DNA from: Asterias rubens
Lineage: Eukaryota
NCBI RefSeq assembly: GCF_902459465.1
Contig: NC_047082.1
Location: forward strand, 5,580,001 to 5,644,000
Length of the DNA stretch: 64,000 nt
Direction: 5' to 3'
Shown here: piece by piece, positions 24,250 to 35,948 of the stretch
How positions within the stretch are numbered: the first letter of the stretch is position 1
Layout: each line of letters opens with the position of its first letter
The notes under the pieces: model-generated
Seen by the model: the letters and a program-made list of their open reading frames with translations, nothing else
What the model was told of the DNA's origin: nothing
Database searches by the model: none
Translations under genes and position numbers: made by a program

Positions 24250-27200
24250 CCTGTGTACAGAGAAAGAGTCCTACATAGGGCTACCGAAAACCTAACTTTT
24301 AGACCTGCAAATCAGAGGTCACACCTAGATGCTGACGCAAAAAAGCGGGACAGCAACAAGCAGAACACCGCAAACTTCAGAAGACGGAAAGACACCGCAG
24401 AAGTAACAAGTGCAGACGAGACATCCCGAAATAGGGTGCAGAAGAATTCTGCAAGTATAGGTATTCTTGTTACTGCACCAATGCACAAAGTTTAGTAAAA
24501 AGGGCAGAATTACACGCTACAATTGACGAGCTGAAACCAGACATCATTGGAATCACAGAAAGCTGGTGCAACAGTACCATAGTGGATGGGGAAGTAGCAA
24601 TCAGAGGTTACAGCATGTTCAGACTGGACAAGAATACACCAAGAGGAACTGGAGGGGAGGTTATTCTATATGTCAATGAGTCATACACAGCATTGGCATG
24701 TCACAAGCTGAATGAATTAGAAATGGAAAGCTCTACATGGTCCTCGGTCGCGGACAAGCTACAATCAAACGAAAACTTGTTGGTGGGGCTATGCTATGGG
24801 AGTCCTAACAGCACAGAGGAAAATAACAAGAAGTTAAGGCAGCAGATAGCGAATATCAAGACAGTCCAGAATGTATCTCACCTGTTGCTGTAGGCGATTT
24901 CAATTTCCCGGATATAGACTGGATAAACAACACTGTCAACGCTAACCAAGATTCAGAACCACATAAGTTCTTTGACTCCACTCAAGATGAGTTTTTGGTT
25001 CAGCATGTACTCAGCAACACTAGATGTAGATCGAGGCCAACAAAACCCATTACTGGTAGACCTGATCTTCTCAAGGGATGAGAACACCATTGACGAAGTA
25101 CTACACTCAGCACCATTAAGAGGCAGTGACCACGACGGACTACATGTACATGTAACATGGGCTTATGTGACCCACTCCGATGTGTACAGCAGATGATGAA
25201 TGCACGACACATAATTTCAGGAAAGGAGATTATCAAGAAATAAGTAAGCACATCAATAGCATTGACTGGGAGACCAACCTAAACAGCCTGAGCTGTGAGG
25301 AAGCAGGAATACAACAAGGCAGTTGAAGATAACATCCCCATGACAAAGAAGAAGAGGAAGAGTAAACCACCATGGCTTCGGGCTGGTGTCAAGCGATCTA
25401 CATGTATTAGATACAAGAAGCTTTTTCAGAAGTACAAAAGGACGCAACGATACATAGATTATCTTGAATATACCAAGCAAAGTAATAAGACCAAGAAGAC
25501 TGTGAGGCAAGCACTGTAGGCAGAGTACGAGAAGAGGCTGATGAAGCAGTTTAAGCTACATTTGTAAAACCAATTAGGCATTCTACGGATATGTAGTTCT
25601 CAAAACGACCGTGAATCAGCAAATGTACTAAACGATTTCTTCAAGAGTGTGTCTACAAAAGGTCACTCGAAGAAGGAGTTGTCCCAGACGACTGGAAACA
25701 AGCTAAAGTTGTCCCAATCTACAAGAAAGGATCGAAGATTAAAGCAAGCAACTACAGACCAATTAGTCTAACCAGCATGCCTTGCAAGGTCATGGAATCA
25801 CTTATCAGAGACAATGTTCACAGACAAGGTCCTACTATTAACAGAACACGTGGCTTTATCACAAGAAGATCCTGCATGTCCAACCTTCTAGATACCCTTG
25901 AAGATATTACAATGAACCTGGACAATGGGTCTGGAGTGGATGCATGTCATCTATTTGGACTACTCCAAGGTTTTTGACACTGTGCCCCACAAGCGCCTCA
26001 TTTCAAAACTGAGAGCCTACATGTATGGTCTTGAAGGAAGGATAATCAAATGGATCCAGGAATTCCTGAGTAACAGGAAGCAACAAGTAAAGCTAAGAGG
26101 CAAGCTATCCAACTGGGCAGACATATTGAGTGGCGTACCACAAGGATCTGTGCTAGGTGCAATACTACTTGTCCTCTACATCAACGACCTGCCGGATATT
26201 GTAACATCTACATCCAAATTATTTGCCGATGACACCAAGCTCTACAACAAAGTCTCGAAAGGAAAGTACAGATGGGGGAAACACGCTGCAGCAAGATTTG
26301 CATACCCTGGAGAAGTGGTCCGATACCTGTTTGCTGAGGTTTAATGCTCCAAAGTGTAAGTATACATGTATATGCACATGGGCAAGGATAACCCACTCAG
26401 AAGCTACATCTTAAGAGTCCCTGCCTGTAAGAATGTACCAAGTGGTGATTCATGGGTTCTCAGATCTTCTTCTAAAAAATTAGAGTCATACATTATCATA
26501 CCAAACGAATAAATCCAAAATATTAGTTTGCTGACACTTTCGGTTTGGGAGTTATCAGTTATCAAAGTTTCGGCCTAAAAGCCTTCGAGCAACGAATAGT
26601 ACATTCCCTGTAAACACAAAAATGTGCGCCAAGGTCATCCCAACAAAAGTAAAACATTTTTTGAAACCTCCAGTTGGGCTTAAAAAAAATTTGGGATCTC
26701 GTTGGCGCGTCATGTTACGCGCACCTGAACCTTTGACGAACAGTGCCCTCGTGCCATTTTCAACGCCTCATAACTCAACTCGCCTATAAGATCCCACGAA
26801 TTAAACAAGTTCCCATGAAAGAGCTTGCATCCCTAAAACAAATTGAAGTGCAAAGTGCGTGGGATCTCGTTGGCGCACAGAAATAATATAGGTTAAAGTT
26901 CAAATTTTACCAATATATTGCGTTTTCGCACCTCCGTAACCTTGCGCGCCAACAACAAAAAGTTGTTTTATGGCAACCGGGTGTTGGAACAGTTTTCATC
27001 TAATGACAATCGAAAAAAGAATCTTGAGATCTCTGCAACTTGCATGTCAAAAGATTTGTTGAAAGTTTTCTAAAGTATTGCCATTCCACACATTTTGGCC
27101 TAAATTGGCACAACATTCACTTTTTTCATCACTGTAAGTATCTGTGCCAACAAGATCCCATCAATGTTTTCTTGTATTTGGTTAAGTTGAGTGTTCCTAA

Positions 27201-28390
27201 ACAGATTTCAATTGAAAAATAATTGGGATCATGTTGGCCCACCAATATAACAAAGGTTAAAGGTCATATGAAACTACACTACTGCCTATTTCGGGCGATT
27301 TTGCGTAGTCTAGAAATCCACGCCATGGGATCTTATAGGCACGTTGAATTATGAGGCGTTGAAAATGGCACGAGGGCATTGTTCGCCAAAGGTTCAGGTG
27401 CGCGTAACATCATGACGCGCCAACGAGATCCCACTTTTTTTTATACTTTTGTTATAAGCCCAACTAGAGGTTTCAAAAAATATTTTACTTTTGCTGGGAC
27501 GAGCTTGGCGCACATTTTTGTGTTTACAGGGAATGTACTATTCGTTTCTTGAGGGTCTTTTGGCCCAAACTTTGATAACTGGCAACTCCAAAACCGAAAG
27601 CGTCAGCAAACTAAAATTTTGGATTTATTCGTTTGGTATGATGGTGTATCACTCTAATTTTTTAGAAGAAGATCTGCGAACCCATGAATCACACCTCCCC
27701 CCCCCCCAATTTGGTACATTTTTACAGGCAGGGACTCTTAAACGGGGTAGAAATTCAAGCAGAAGATGAAGAGAAGGATCTTGGGGTTTACCTCACATGA
27801 GACTGTAAACACACCCTACAGTGTACGAAAGCTGCTGGTATAGCAATGCAGAGCCTTAGGATCATCAGAAGTACCTTCAAGTACATTGATAGGGAAAGTT
27901 TTGCTATCCTGTACAAATTACATGTAGCTTACATCAGACCACACCTCGAGTATTGCGTTCAAGCATGGTGCCCATACCTACCACAGAAAGATATAAAGTG
28001 TCTGGAGAAAGTGCAGAGAAGAGGGAACTTGATCTCTTTCCCCTGGAAGTAAGAAGAGTGCGAGGGGACCTCATTGAAACCTTCAAGATTCTCAAGGGGC
28101 TCGTGGATATAGACGCCAAAAGTCTTTTCACACTCTCACAAACAAATAACACAAGAGGGCATGGCATGAAGCTACTGAACAAAGGGCTCAATCTTAGAAA
28201 ATATTTCTTCACACAGCGAGTTGGTGATAACTGGAATAGACTCCCAGCCAAAGTGGTCAATGCCAAGACAACCAATCAATTCAAAAACAGCTTAGACAAT
28301 TACCTGAATGAAAATGGATATGGGGTGTTAAAAGGCATAAGCCTACAATACTAAAAATCAATTCAAACCTTAAGTGTAAGTGTAAGTGTT
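24250..28390 (+). mobile_element. CR1-clade LINE (APE endonuclease plus RT), decayed, split by a DNA transposon insertion
   Basis: PDIIGITESW, GDFNFPDIDW, SDHDGL, YLDYSKVFDTVPH, SGVPQGSVLG, FADDTKLY, YIRPHLEYCVQAW and RGDLIETFKILKG motifs, with an (AAGTGT)n 3' tail. Confidence 0.95.
26415..27737. mobile_element. 1323-bp non-autonomous DNA transposon with long inverted arms and a TTAA target duplication (Kolobok-like)
   Basis: TTAA at 26411-26414 and 27738-27741, with termini GAGTCCCTGCCTGTAA / TTACAGGCAGGGACTC. Removing it restores the CR1 reading SYILNGVEIQAEDEEKDLGV. Confidence 0.92.
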
Positions 28391-28499
28391 AGAGTCAATT
28401 ATCCATTTGCCCGGATATTAAACCCACCCACCTTACCCCACCCCCAAGGGGACGACCGAAAATTCACCCAATCCACCTCGTGCTGATGAGCCCCCGTCA

Positions 28500-28680
28500 C
28501 GGCCATCCGTCGACTTGTCTTGACCCTAAGTCAAGTTGTCTGACAGTTGATAAATCATCCGTCGAGTTCTGAACAGTCCAGTTGTCTGAGCCGTTGAGTT
28601 GGCAGAATGGTAGAGTTGTCTGAACCGTTGAGTTGTCCGAACAGGCGAGTTGTCCGACGGATGAGTTGTCTGGTCGCCCA
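28500..28680. repeat. Degenerate (GAGTTGTC)-rich short-period repeat; similar tract at about 40960-41110
   Basis: Recurrent GTTGAGTTG / GAGTTGTCC motifs. Confidence 0.5.
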
Positions 28681-30230
28681 ATTCCCAAAGCCAAACAAAG
28701 GTTTATCGCGATTCAGAACCGCAATGCGTTATGGGTAGGCAGATGGGGCAGTTTGCTATGCGGTGTATGTTGTCATGCACTACTCGCGCACGCATCGCCT
28801 ATCTATATCTTTGTGTGGGTTCAACAGCGCCCTCTCTTGATATTTTGCTATTCGCGATAGAATTAATAAAATGGACCTTGTCATCATCATTCATTTATCA
28901 GAATGTGAACAAAAACATACATTTCTTGGTTTACAAAAAATAACCAGGACAAGAAAAATACTGTGATCAGCAGATACGGTGCAGTCTTTTTTCATTTAGG
29001 GCCTACTGAATTTGTTTACCAGTTGTGTTACTCAGTTACTGTTTAGTTTACCCATGGTTTACCTGGACGCCATCATTGCTCATTGTTTTTTAACTACGTT
29101 GTCCCCACTGAGCTCTCCTTGGCTTGCTCTCTGCTGATTGCTGACACGGTGTGATCACAAAATGATTGCCGAAATGTCGACGAGAGGCTTTCCAATCCAA
29201 CAGCTTCCAAACCTACAGCACTAACTATGTTCCGCCCTACTAACGCTGTGCCCCAACTTGATAATCTTCACTCTATAAAATGTTGTTGTTTTTTGCTGTG
29301 TCTCTCTAGCTCTCTGGTGTAGTTGTTGATCCGTCGTGCCGTCCGCCAGCTGCAGCTAGCAAGCTACATTCATCGTGCACGTCACCGTCACACAAACCAG
29401 CCCAAACGCAATCTCTGGATTTGCTCAATTCCGAGATTGAGCCACCCAATCTCGAGATCGGGCTGCTTAATACCCAGATTGCGCACAAATTAACCATCCA
29501 CTACGCGTATACACCATAGTATACACTGATGTCTGTGCATTGTGTACACGTAATGTACATAATGTGTACATTCCGTTAAACTTGCATGGCGCGCCCCTTA
29601 GCCTCCTATATGACATTTGCATCAAAACTGCATGCATACTGTATGCTGATGATGACAGCGACATCATTTGTAGGACAATGTAGTGTGATCATAAGAGTCG
29701 TCAGAGAGTTGGTCTCATCAGCTGCAACCGGCAGTGATCGGGGAACAGCATAAAGCCCCCATATCACAACCCGCGATAGTCATAAGTGATCACTAATCCA
29801 CTCTGTAAAGTGGCATCTTCAACGACAGTCTAACTAACTAACACTCAGATGAAAGTTTTGCTCTCTTTCTAGGAGCCATGACATTTGCTGCTCAGTGATG
29901 TGAGGCTTGTCATGCTTGTCCGCCGCCCCCACTGCACACATCATAAACTACAGGTAGGCCTATTGCTAGGGTTTTTAACAAAGTGTCCCTGTCTAACTAA
30001 GAATTCACCCTATTTTAGGCCTACTTTCAATCTCACCAATCACTACTTGTTGACTTGAAGAGGATTAAATTAAAGGCAGTGGACACTTTTTATGGTAACC
30101 AACTGTCAAGAGACCAACATGACCAATCTGCTCACTTGGTGGTCACTCTTTTGGTGTAGGCCTATAGCCATAAATAAAATAAACCTGTGAATATTTGAGC
30201 TCAATTTGGTCGTCGAAGTTGCGAGATAAC

Positions 30231-30586
30231 TACAGTACTTTACTTTACTTAATCCTGTAACCTTGTTGAAGGTCGTATTTATAGAATAGAGGGGCACCAC
30301 AGCTGACTTTTTTACGATTGTGCGCCATCCAATGTGGTCCTTCGCTTTTCTCTGCAAGGTGCTGATTAATGTCAGGCCTGTCCACTCCTGGATATTTTCT
30401 TCCCATCGTTTCCTTTGCCTTCCTTGGTTTTTTTTCTCAGGGACTGTGCCTTGTACTTGCATTACAAGTCTTATTATTATTATTATTAATATTATTATTA
30501 TTGTAGTATGGTCTCTGTTCTGAGAGTCCTGTTGACCTAGTGATGTGACCATACCACCTCAGTTTCCTCTTCTTTACTGTTTACTG
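30231..30586 (-). mobile_element. 5'-truncated RTE LINE inserted into a family A MITE
   Basis: GTVPEKKNQGRQRKRWEENIQEWTGL...WRTIVKKSAVVP, an (AAGTA)n tail, and a flanking direct repeat GAGATAAC at 30223-30230 and 30587-30594. Confidence 0.8.
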
Positions 30587-31149
30587 GAGATAACAATGGA
30601 AGAAAAACACACTTGTCACACAAAGTTGTGTGCTTTCAGATGCTTGATTTCGAGACCTCAAAATCTAATTGTGTCGCGAAACCAAATTCTTGGAAAATAA
30701 CTTCTTTCTCGAAAACTATGACATTTCAGACAGAGGGAGCTGTTTCTCACATTGTTTTATACCATCAACCTCTCCCCATTACTTGTTACCAAGTAAGGTT
30801 TGTGCTAATAGTTATTTTGAGTAATTACCAATGCAATAGTGTCCACAGCAACTGCGACTGCACAGGTATGATCTTCCCAATGTTTCTATCATGACGATCT
30901 AGACCAAACCTAGACTCTGAAATTACCACCGCTACGGTACTACGAGAACTATAGGTACTGTTCTTGGTATTGTTTACCTAGACCGCACCTTGCATGATGT
31001 GATACAAAACTTAAATTCTAGAGATGAACATCAAAAGTAAATGAAAGATTGGTATGATGTAGTTATCAGGGTTCCAATGCATAATAACAATATTAATACC
31101 CTGAGCATGGGCGGGCTTAGTCTAGAAACCATCAACTAAAGAAAGTTGG

Positions 31150-31870
31150 AGAATGTGAAGTGATGTCTACCACTAGCTGCAAGACGATTGCAGTCCTGTT
31201 ACTGGTCCTTGGAGGGGATGTCGAAACAAATCCTGAGAAAGGAGAAAGTCAACACCCAGAAATTACAATGTTTACATTATCTTCAGCACTGATGGCTTTG
31301 AAAAGTTCACTGAGCAAGTTGAATCCTCGTAAAGCGTGTGGACCAGACCTCATACCCATCCGTGTGATGAGAGAGATAGCATTTAAGCAATATGAGGCGG
31401 GAGCACTACCAACAGTCTGGTCAACTGACAGCCAACCTTGTTGCAATCTACAAAAAGGGTAACAAGAACTTGCCTAGCAACTACCGCCCTGTCTTGCTGA
31501 CGTGTGTCACTACAAAGCTAATGGAGCATGTCATCTTCCACTCAATCATGGAGCACATTGACAGTACCAGCGCGGTTTTCGCCGACAACATTCCACTGAA
31601 CTCAGGTAGTCAACACCCTAGAAGAAATAACAAGATCTAAGGATTGACTTCTCGAAGGCATTCCACACGGTGGCACATCAACGAAGAATAGGACACTACG
31701 GCATCACCAACGAAACTCTTAACTCTCAAAAAACTAAATACATGATCTTTTCCAAGTTTAGGTCTACCATCATTGACGCCAATATCATCATTAACCATGC
31801 TACTATTGAAAGGGTACATTCAACCAAACTCCTTGGCGTTGTTATCGGTGACAACGTTCTTCCATATCAT
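31150..31870 (+). mobile_element. Internally deleted L2/CR1-type LINE with a 2A-like motif remnant
   Basis: LLLVLGGDVETNP is fused to KLNPRKACGPDLIP and IYKKGNKNLPSNYRPVLLTCV, followed by NSQKTKYMIFS and ERVHSTKLLGV fragments. Confidence 0.8.
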
Positions 31871-32029
31871 CATGGCTTCTACTAGTGACCGAGAAAGGCA
31901 AATCGTCTTGTAAGACAGCTCCTTTGCTTTCTGTAGAAAAAAAAAACAAGAAAAGTTTGTCTGTTTCTAGCACTCCAAACTCTGCGCCGACCTCCTCTTG
32001 GGTTTAGCAAAGTAGCAGAGAAATCAACC

Positions 32030-33200
32030 TCGCCTTGCCAAGGCAGGAGATCAATGTGCTCATCACGCAGAGTTGCAGTTTCAGAGCCATGAGCCAGGAA
32101 TTGGGTCACTTTGTCCTATTTCCCAACGGCATTCATCTTTGGCCCCGAAAGTTTCTTGAGTTCCTGAGACACAGTTTGTTGCTTAAAACGCAGGTACAGG
32201 TTTTACCTCGCCTTGGGTAAGAAGTCAACCTAGTACTGTACATGTCAAGGACGTTTACCTCATGGTCCCCATTGTCATAACATCGCAAATACCTGCGATT
32301 TCTTTGTTTGTTTTAGTTTGCTTTTCTCCCCTTTGGCCGGTCAATGCTCCAAGAACATTTCCAATGGTTCTCAAATCAGTTGCTGCACATCTTCATCAAA
32401 TGGTATTTTACCTAGACGACATTTTCGATTAAGTTTTCTTATGTCGTATGTCTTAATCTAGGCAAATCATCAGACGAATGTAAGGAGAACTTGAACCTAC
32501 ATGTAATTCAATATGTCATGTAGTTTGGGTTCTTGATAAACTACGACAAACGGCATTTTGTACCATCGCACCAGTTAACTTACCTTGGTTTTTTCATCAA
32601 TTCATCTACAATGACTTTGGCCCTGCCAGTTGAGAGAGTATACAAGATTGTAGAGCATTGCCAAAGGGTTCTTCAAGCAAATCTCTTGACGGTGAGAGAT
32701 CTTGCAAGACTTACTCGGTCACCTATCTTCAACCATTCCAGCAGTATTTCCTGCACTGGACAAGGTGGTTGCCCTGCACAGAGAAAACTCCTACATGTAA
32801 ATGAGTTGAGTAGATTTGGAATAAACTTGGATAAGCTGCATCAGAGTGTGTAAAGTCAAACCCTTCGCAACCCAACTCCAGATTGGGGTGCCTGCCCAAC
32901 TCCAGATACAATAAACCAGACAGATGCATCGCTCCAGGGATTGGGGTGCCTGCCCAACTCCAGATACAATAAACCAGACAGATGCATCGCTCCAGGGATT
33001 GGGGTGCCTGCCCAACTCCAGATACAATAAACCAGACAGATGCATCGCTCCAGGGATTGGGGTGCCTGCCCAACTCCAGATACAATAAACCAGACAGATG
33101 CATCGCTCCAGGGATTGGGGTGCCTGCCTATGGTAGGTGCAGTGCAAGGGTAGCAGATGGTCCTTAGAGGAACAGTCTCAAACCATCTCAATTTGCTGTA
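32030..33200 (+). mobile_element. DIRS-like (tyrosine-recombinase retrotransposon) RT/RNase H remnant
   Basis: KDVYLMVPI, APRTFPMVLKSVAAHL..FYLDDI, INYDKRHFVPSHQLTYLGFFINSSTMTLALP and TDASLQG fragments fit DIRS-type RT and RNase H. No recombinase was seen. Confidence 0.7.
32871..33126. repeat. 58-bp tandem repeat, 4 full copies plus a partial
   Basis: Unit CCCAACTCCAGATACAATAAACCAGACAGATGCATCGCTCCAGGGATTGGGGTGCCTG. Confidence 0.97.
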
Positions 33201-33914
33201 GCAGTGTTTACGCCCTCATAACTCTGTTTTCGCTGCAATGTTCGCAAGAGAGTTGAGCACCAACTCAACTGTTCAGAATTATGTTGCCAATTTGTGACGT
33301 CAACATTTGTATTGCGTTCACATTTGCAGGAAGTATGAACTGGGCTTTATGTTTGAGCCACAGTTAAAATTATTATTTTATACGTTTTATTTTGAATCAT
33401 TGTAAGTTTAATGTTTGTAATGCTGAATTTGTTAATCCACCAGCTATGCATAAACCCATGCCTATTTATCAGTCAAATAACCATACATTGTAAGTAAAAT
33501 GTGATTCAAATTTGTCTTTGGCACAGATGCTGCAAATGGATAGTGTGAAGGAGAGAAAAGACAAGAAGCTGATTTCAAATTCTGTATGGATTCCAATACA
33601 ATGGTAAATCTTATTCAATATGCTTATAAAATGACATAGCTTTTCTACAGATGTTGTTTTTGCTTGTAAACCATACACAGTTTAGATCCTACCCGTATTG
33701 GCATATTCAGAGTTATATTTTGGATCCAAACATGTACAACAAGACATAATGTAATGATTTTTTTTTTTTTTACTATTGAGCAATAGTGAATCATTGATCC
33801 ATTAAAACATTGTGTCAGCAGTAAAAAAAACTATCCTCTTAGCAACCAACGTCCTATACTATACCCTTACCAACACCAACTTCGTGGTACAGTACCATGA
33901 GTCCAGTGCAAAAG

Positions 33915-34110
33915 GGTGGCATGGTTGGCTTGTGCGTAAAGCGTTGCCTCTCACCAAGGTGACCCCGGTTTGAATCCCGGCCAGGTCCATAATAATATGT
34001 GAGTTGAGTTGTGCGTTGGTTCTCAGCTGTGCCACGAGGGTTTTCCAGACCATCCAGTTTTCTCCCTCGGGAAAAATCAAACACTTTCGATCTTGGCTGT
34101 GCTCCGTGGT
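33915..34110 (+). mobile_element. tRNA-derived SINE with a V/Meta-like core
   Basis: tRNA-like head with GGTTTGAATCCC, then ATGTGAGTTGAGTTGTGCGTTGGTTCTC...GAGGGTTTTCC...CCAGTTTTCTCCCTC. Confidence 0.6.
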
Positions 34111-35948
34111 CATAATGAGTTGATGTGGCTGGCAGCCAAAGGCGCCCTTGCATGCCTGCTTCTCGAACACGTTGTAGCCGTGTCCTTCAGCAATTCAGCT
34201 ATTAGCTGCGCGTAAGGATNNNNNNNNNNNNNNNNNNNNNNNNNNNNNNNNNNNNNNNNNNNNNNNNNNNNNNNNNNNNNNNNNNNNNNNNNNNNNNNNN
34301 NNNNNNNNNNNNNNNNNNNNNNNNNNNNNNNNNNNNNNNNNNNNNNNNNNNNNNNNNNNNNNNNNNNNNNNNNNNNNNNNNNNNNNNNNNNNNNNNNNNN
34401 NNNNNNNNNNNNNNNNNNNNNNNNNNNNNNNNNNNNNNNNNNNNNNNNNNNNNNNNNNNNNNNNNNNNNNNNNNNNNNNAAAAGAAAGATCTCATTTTCC
34501 TTTGTGCCGGTAACTCCTCGAGTCGGGCTACGTCCCGTAGCCTTAGATCTCAAGGGTCTTTCTCAGGATCCTCGCTGTTATTATTATTATTATTGTCTAG
34601 GGGCACATGGTACATGTAGGGAGTTATAAAACAAATATTGACTACATGTACATTTGCTACTGCTTCATTTATGGTTAAAACTATGACTCCCATGGCGATC
34701 TCTAGGGACTTTCCCTCAGCTACGCTGCACCTCAGGAAAACAGAACCCGCCGAGGATGCTAAGGCACCTTGCAAGTTATAGCCTTTAAAACCATAGCACT
34801 GGAAGCAGTCAATATTTACATACATGTACCATGACTCTCTGCTCAATGTATGTTTGATTATTACTCATTTCAGGGAGTAGTGTTGACTGCCATAGAGTTG
34901 TTCAATAGCCATGGGCAGAGAGCCCTTATGTAAGTAAAGGATCAATCGCTCCTCCGTGCTAAACAAACTTCTTTCCCCAAATTGATAATTAGATTGAGGT
35001 TGAAAATGACATGTACATGTTGTAACATCACTTTTCCTCAATATAATAATGGAAAGTCATCTGGTCATTGAAATAAAAAGGGGAATAAGGTTACACATGT
35101 TATCATAGTTTAGGATTACTTTTCATTCCCTTAGATATGATGAGTGCTACAAACATGTTTAAAGCTTATGTGGGTAAAATAAAAATAAATCTCAAAATTG
35201 TTTTCAGAAATGTTACAAGGAATACTGGGAACAATTTCCACTAGTGTAAAGATAAAAAGTTCAAGCTGAATTTTTGTTCAAGAAGAATCAAGACTTAATG
35301 TCCTTTTTTTATGAACAAAAAAACATTGACTAGTACAATATTTGATCCTCCTGGTTAATGTGCCGACGGTCTACCAACACAGTACACATGTAAAGTTCAC
35401 TTGCTCAAAACTCCAAAGCCTACATTTATGACACAATCTAAGACCCTGACTGTCATTGAGAAAGTGTTGAGATTGCGATGCAAAATGGTTATTGATGTGT
35501 AGCTCTTACTAACCTTGGGCGATATCACGACATTAACGAAAATTGCAATACCATTTCTTACGGTATCGTCTTGATTTTTTGTAGCAGTTAAAGTGTAGCT
35601 CTAGCTTTGTGAAATGTTGGCATTTTAGACTTCAAATCAAAAAAATTCACACCATGGGTAGGAGTACACCCAAAAGATGTATACCTCGATTGAATGGAAT
35701 TTTACACTTCAAAAAATTTATCGCGAATATCGCAAAACCTTTTTGACGATACATCGTGGTTTAAAAAAGCCATATCTTACCACTTTGTCCTCTCCATTGG
35801 GTTTGGGTACTGCATTAATAGTAAATCCTTTTTTTGACGTTACATACATTTTAATTTAATTATGCATAATTGTATGCAAGTTAAAGAGTACAGTGCTCAA
35901 AAGCATTGACTTTTACCCTGACTGAAAATACTTTCTTTCATAAAACAG

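Noticed and set aside
33529-33606. Exon MLQMDSVKERKDKKLISNS... as the PR-PLAG start
   Set aside because: Its donors are phase 0 or 2 and do not fit the phase-1 acceptor at 35949.
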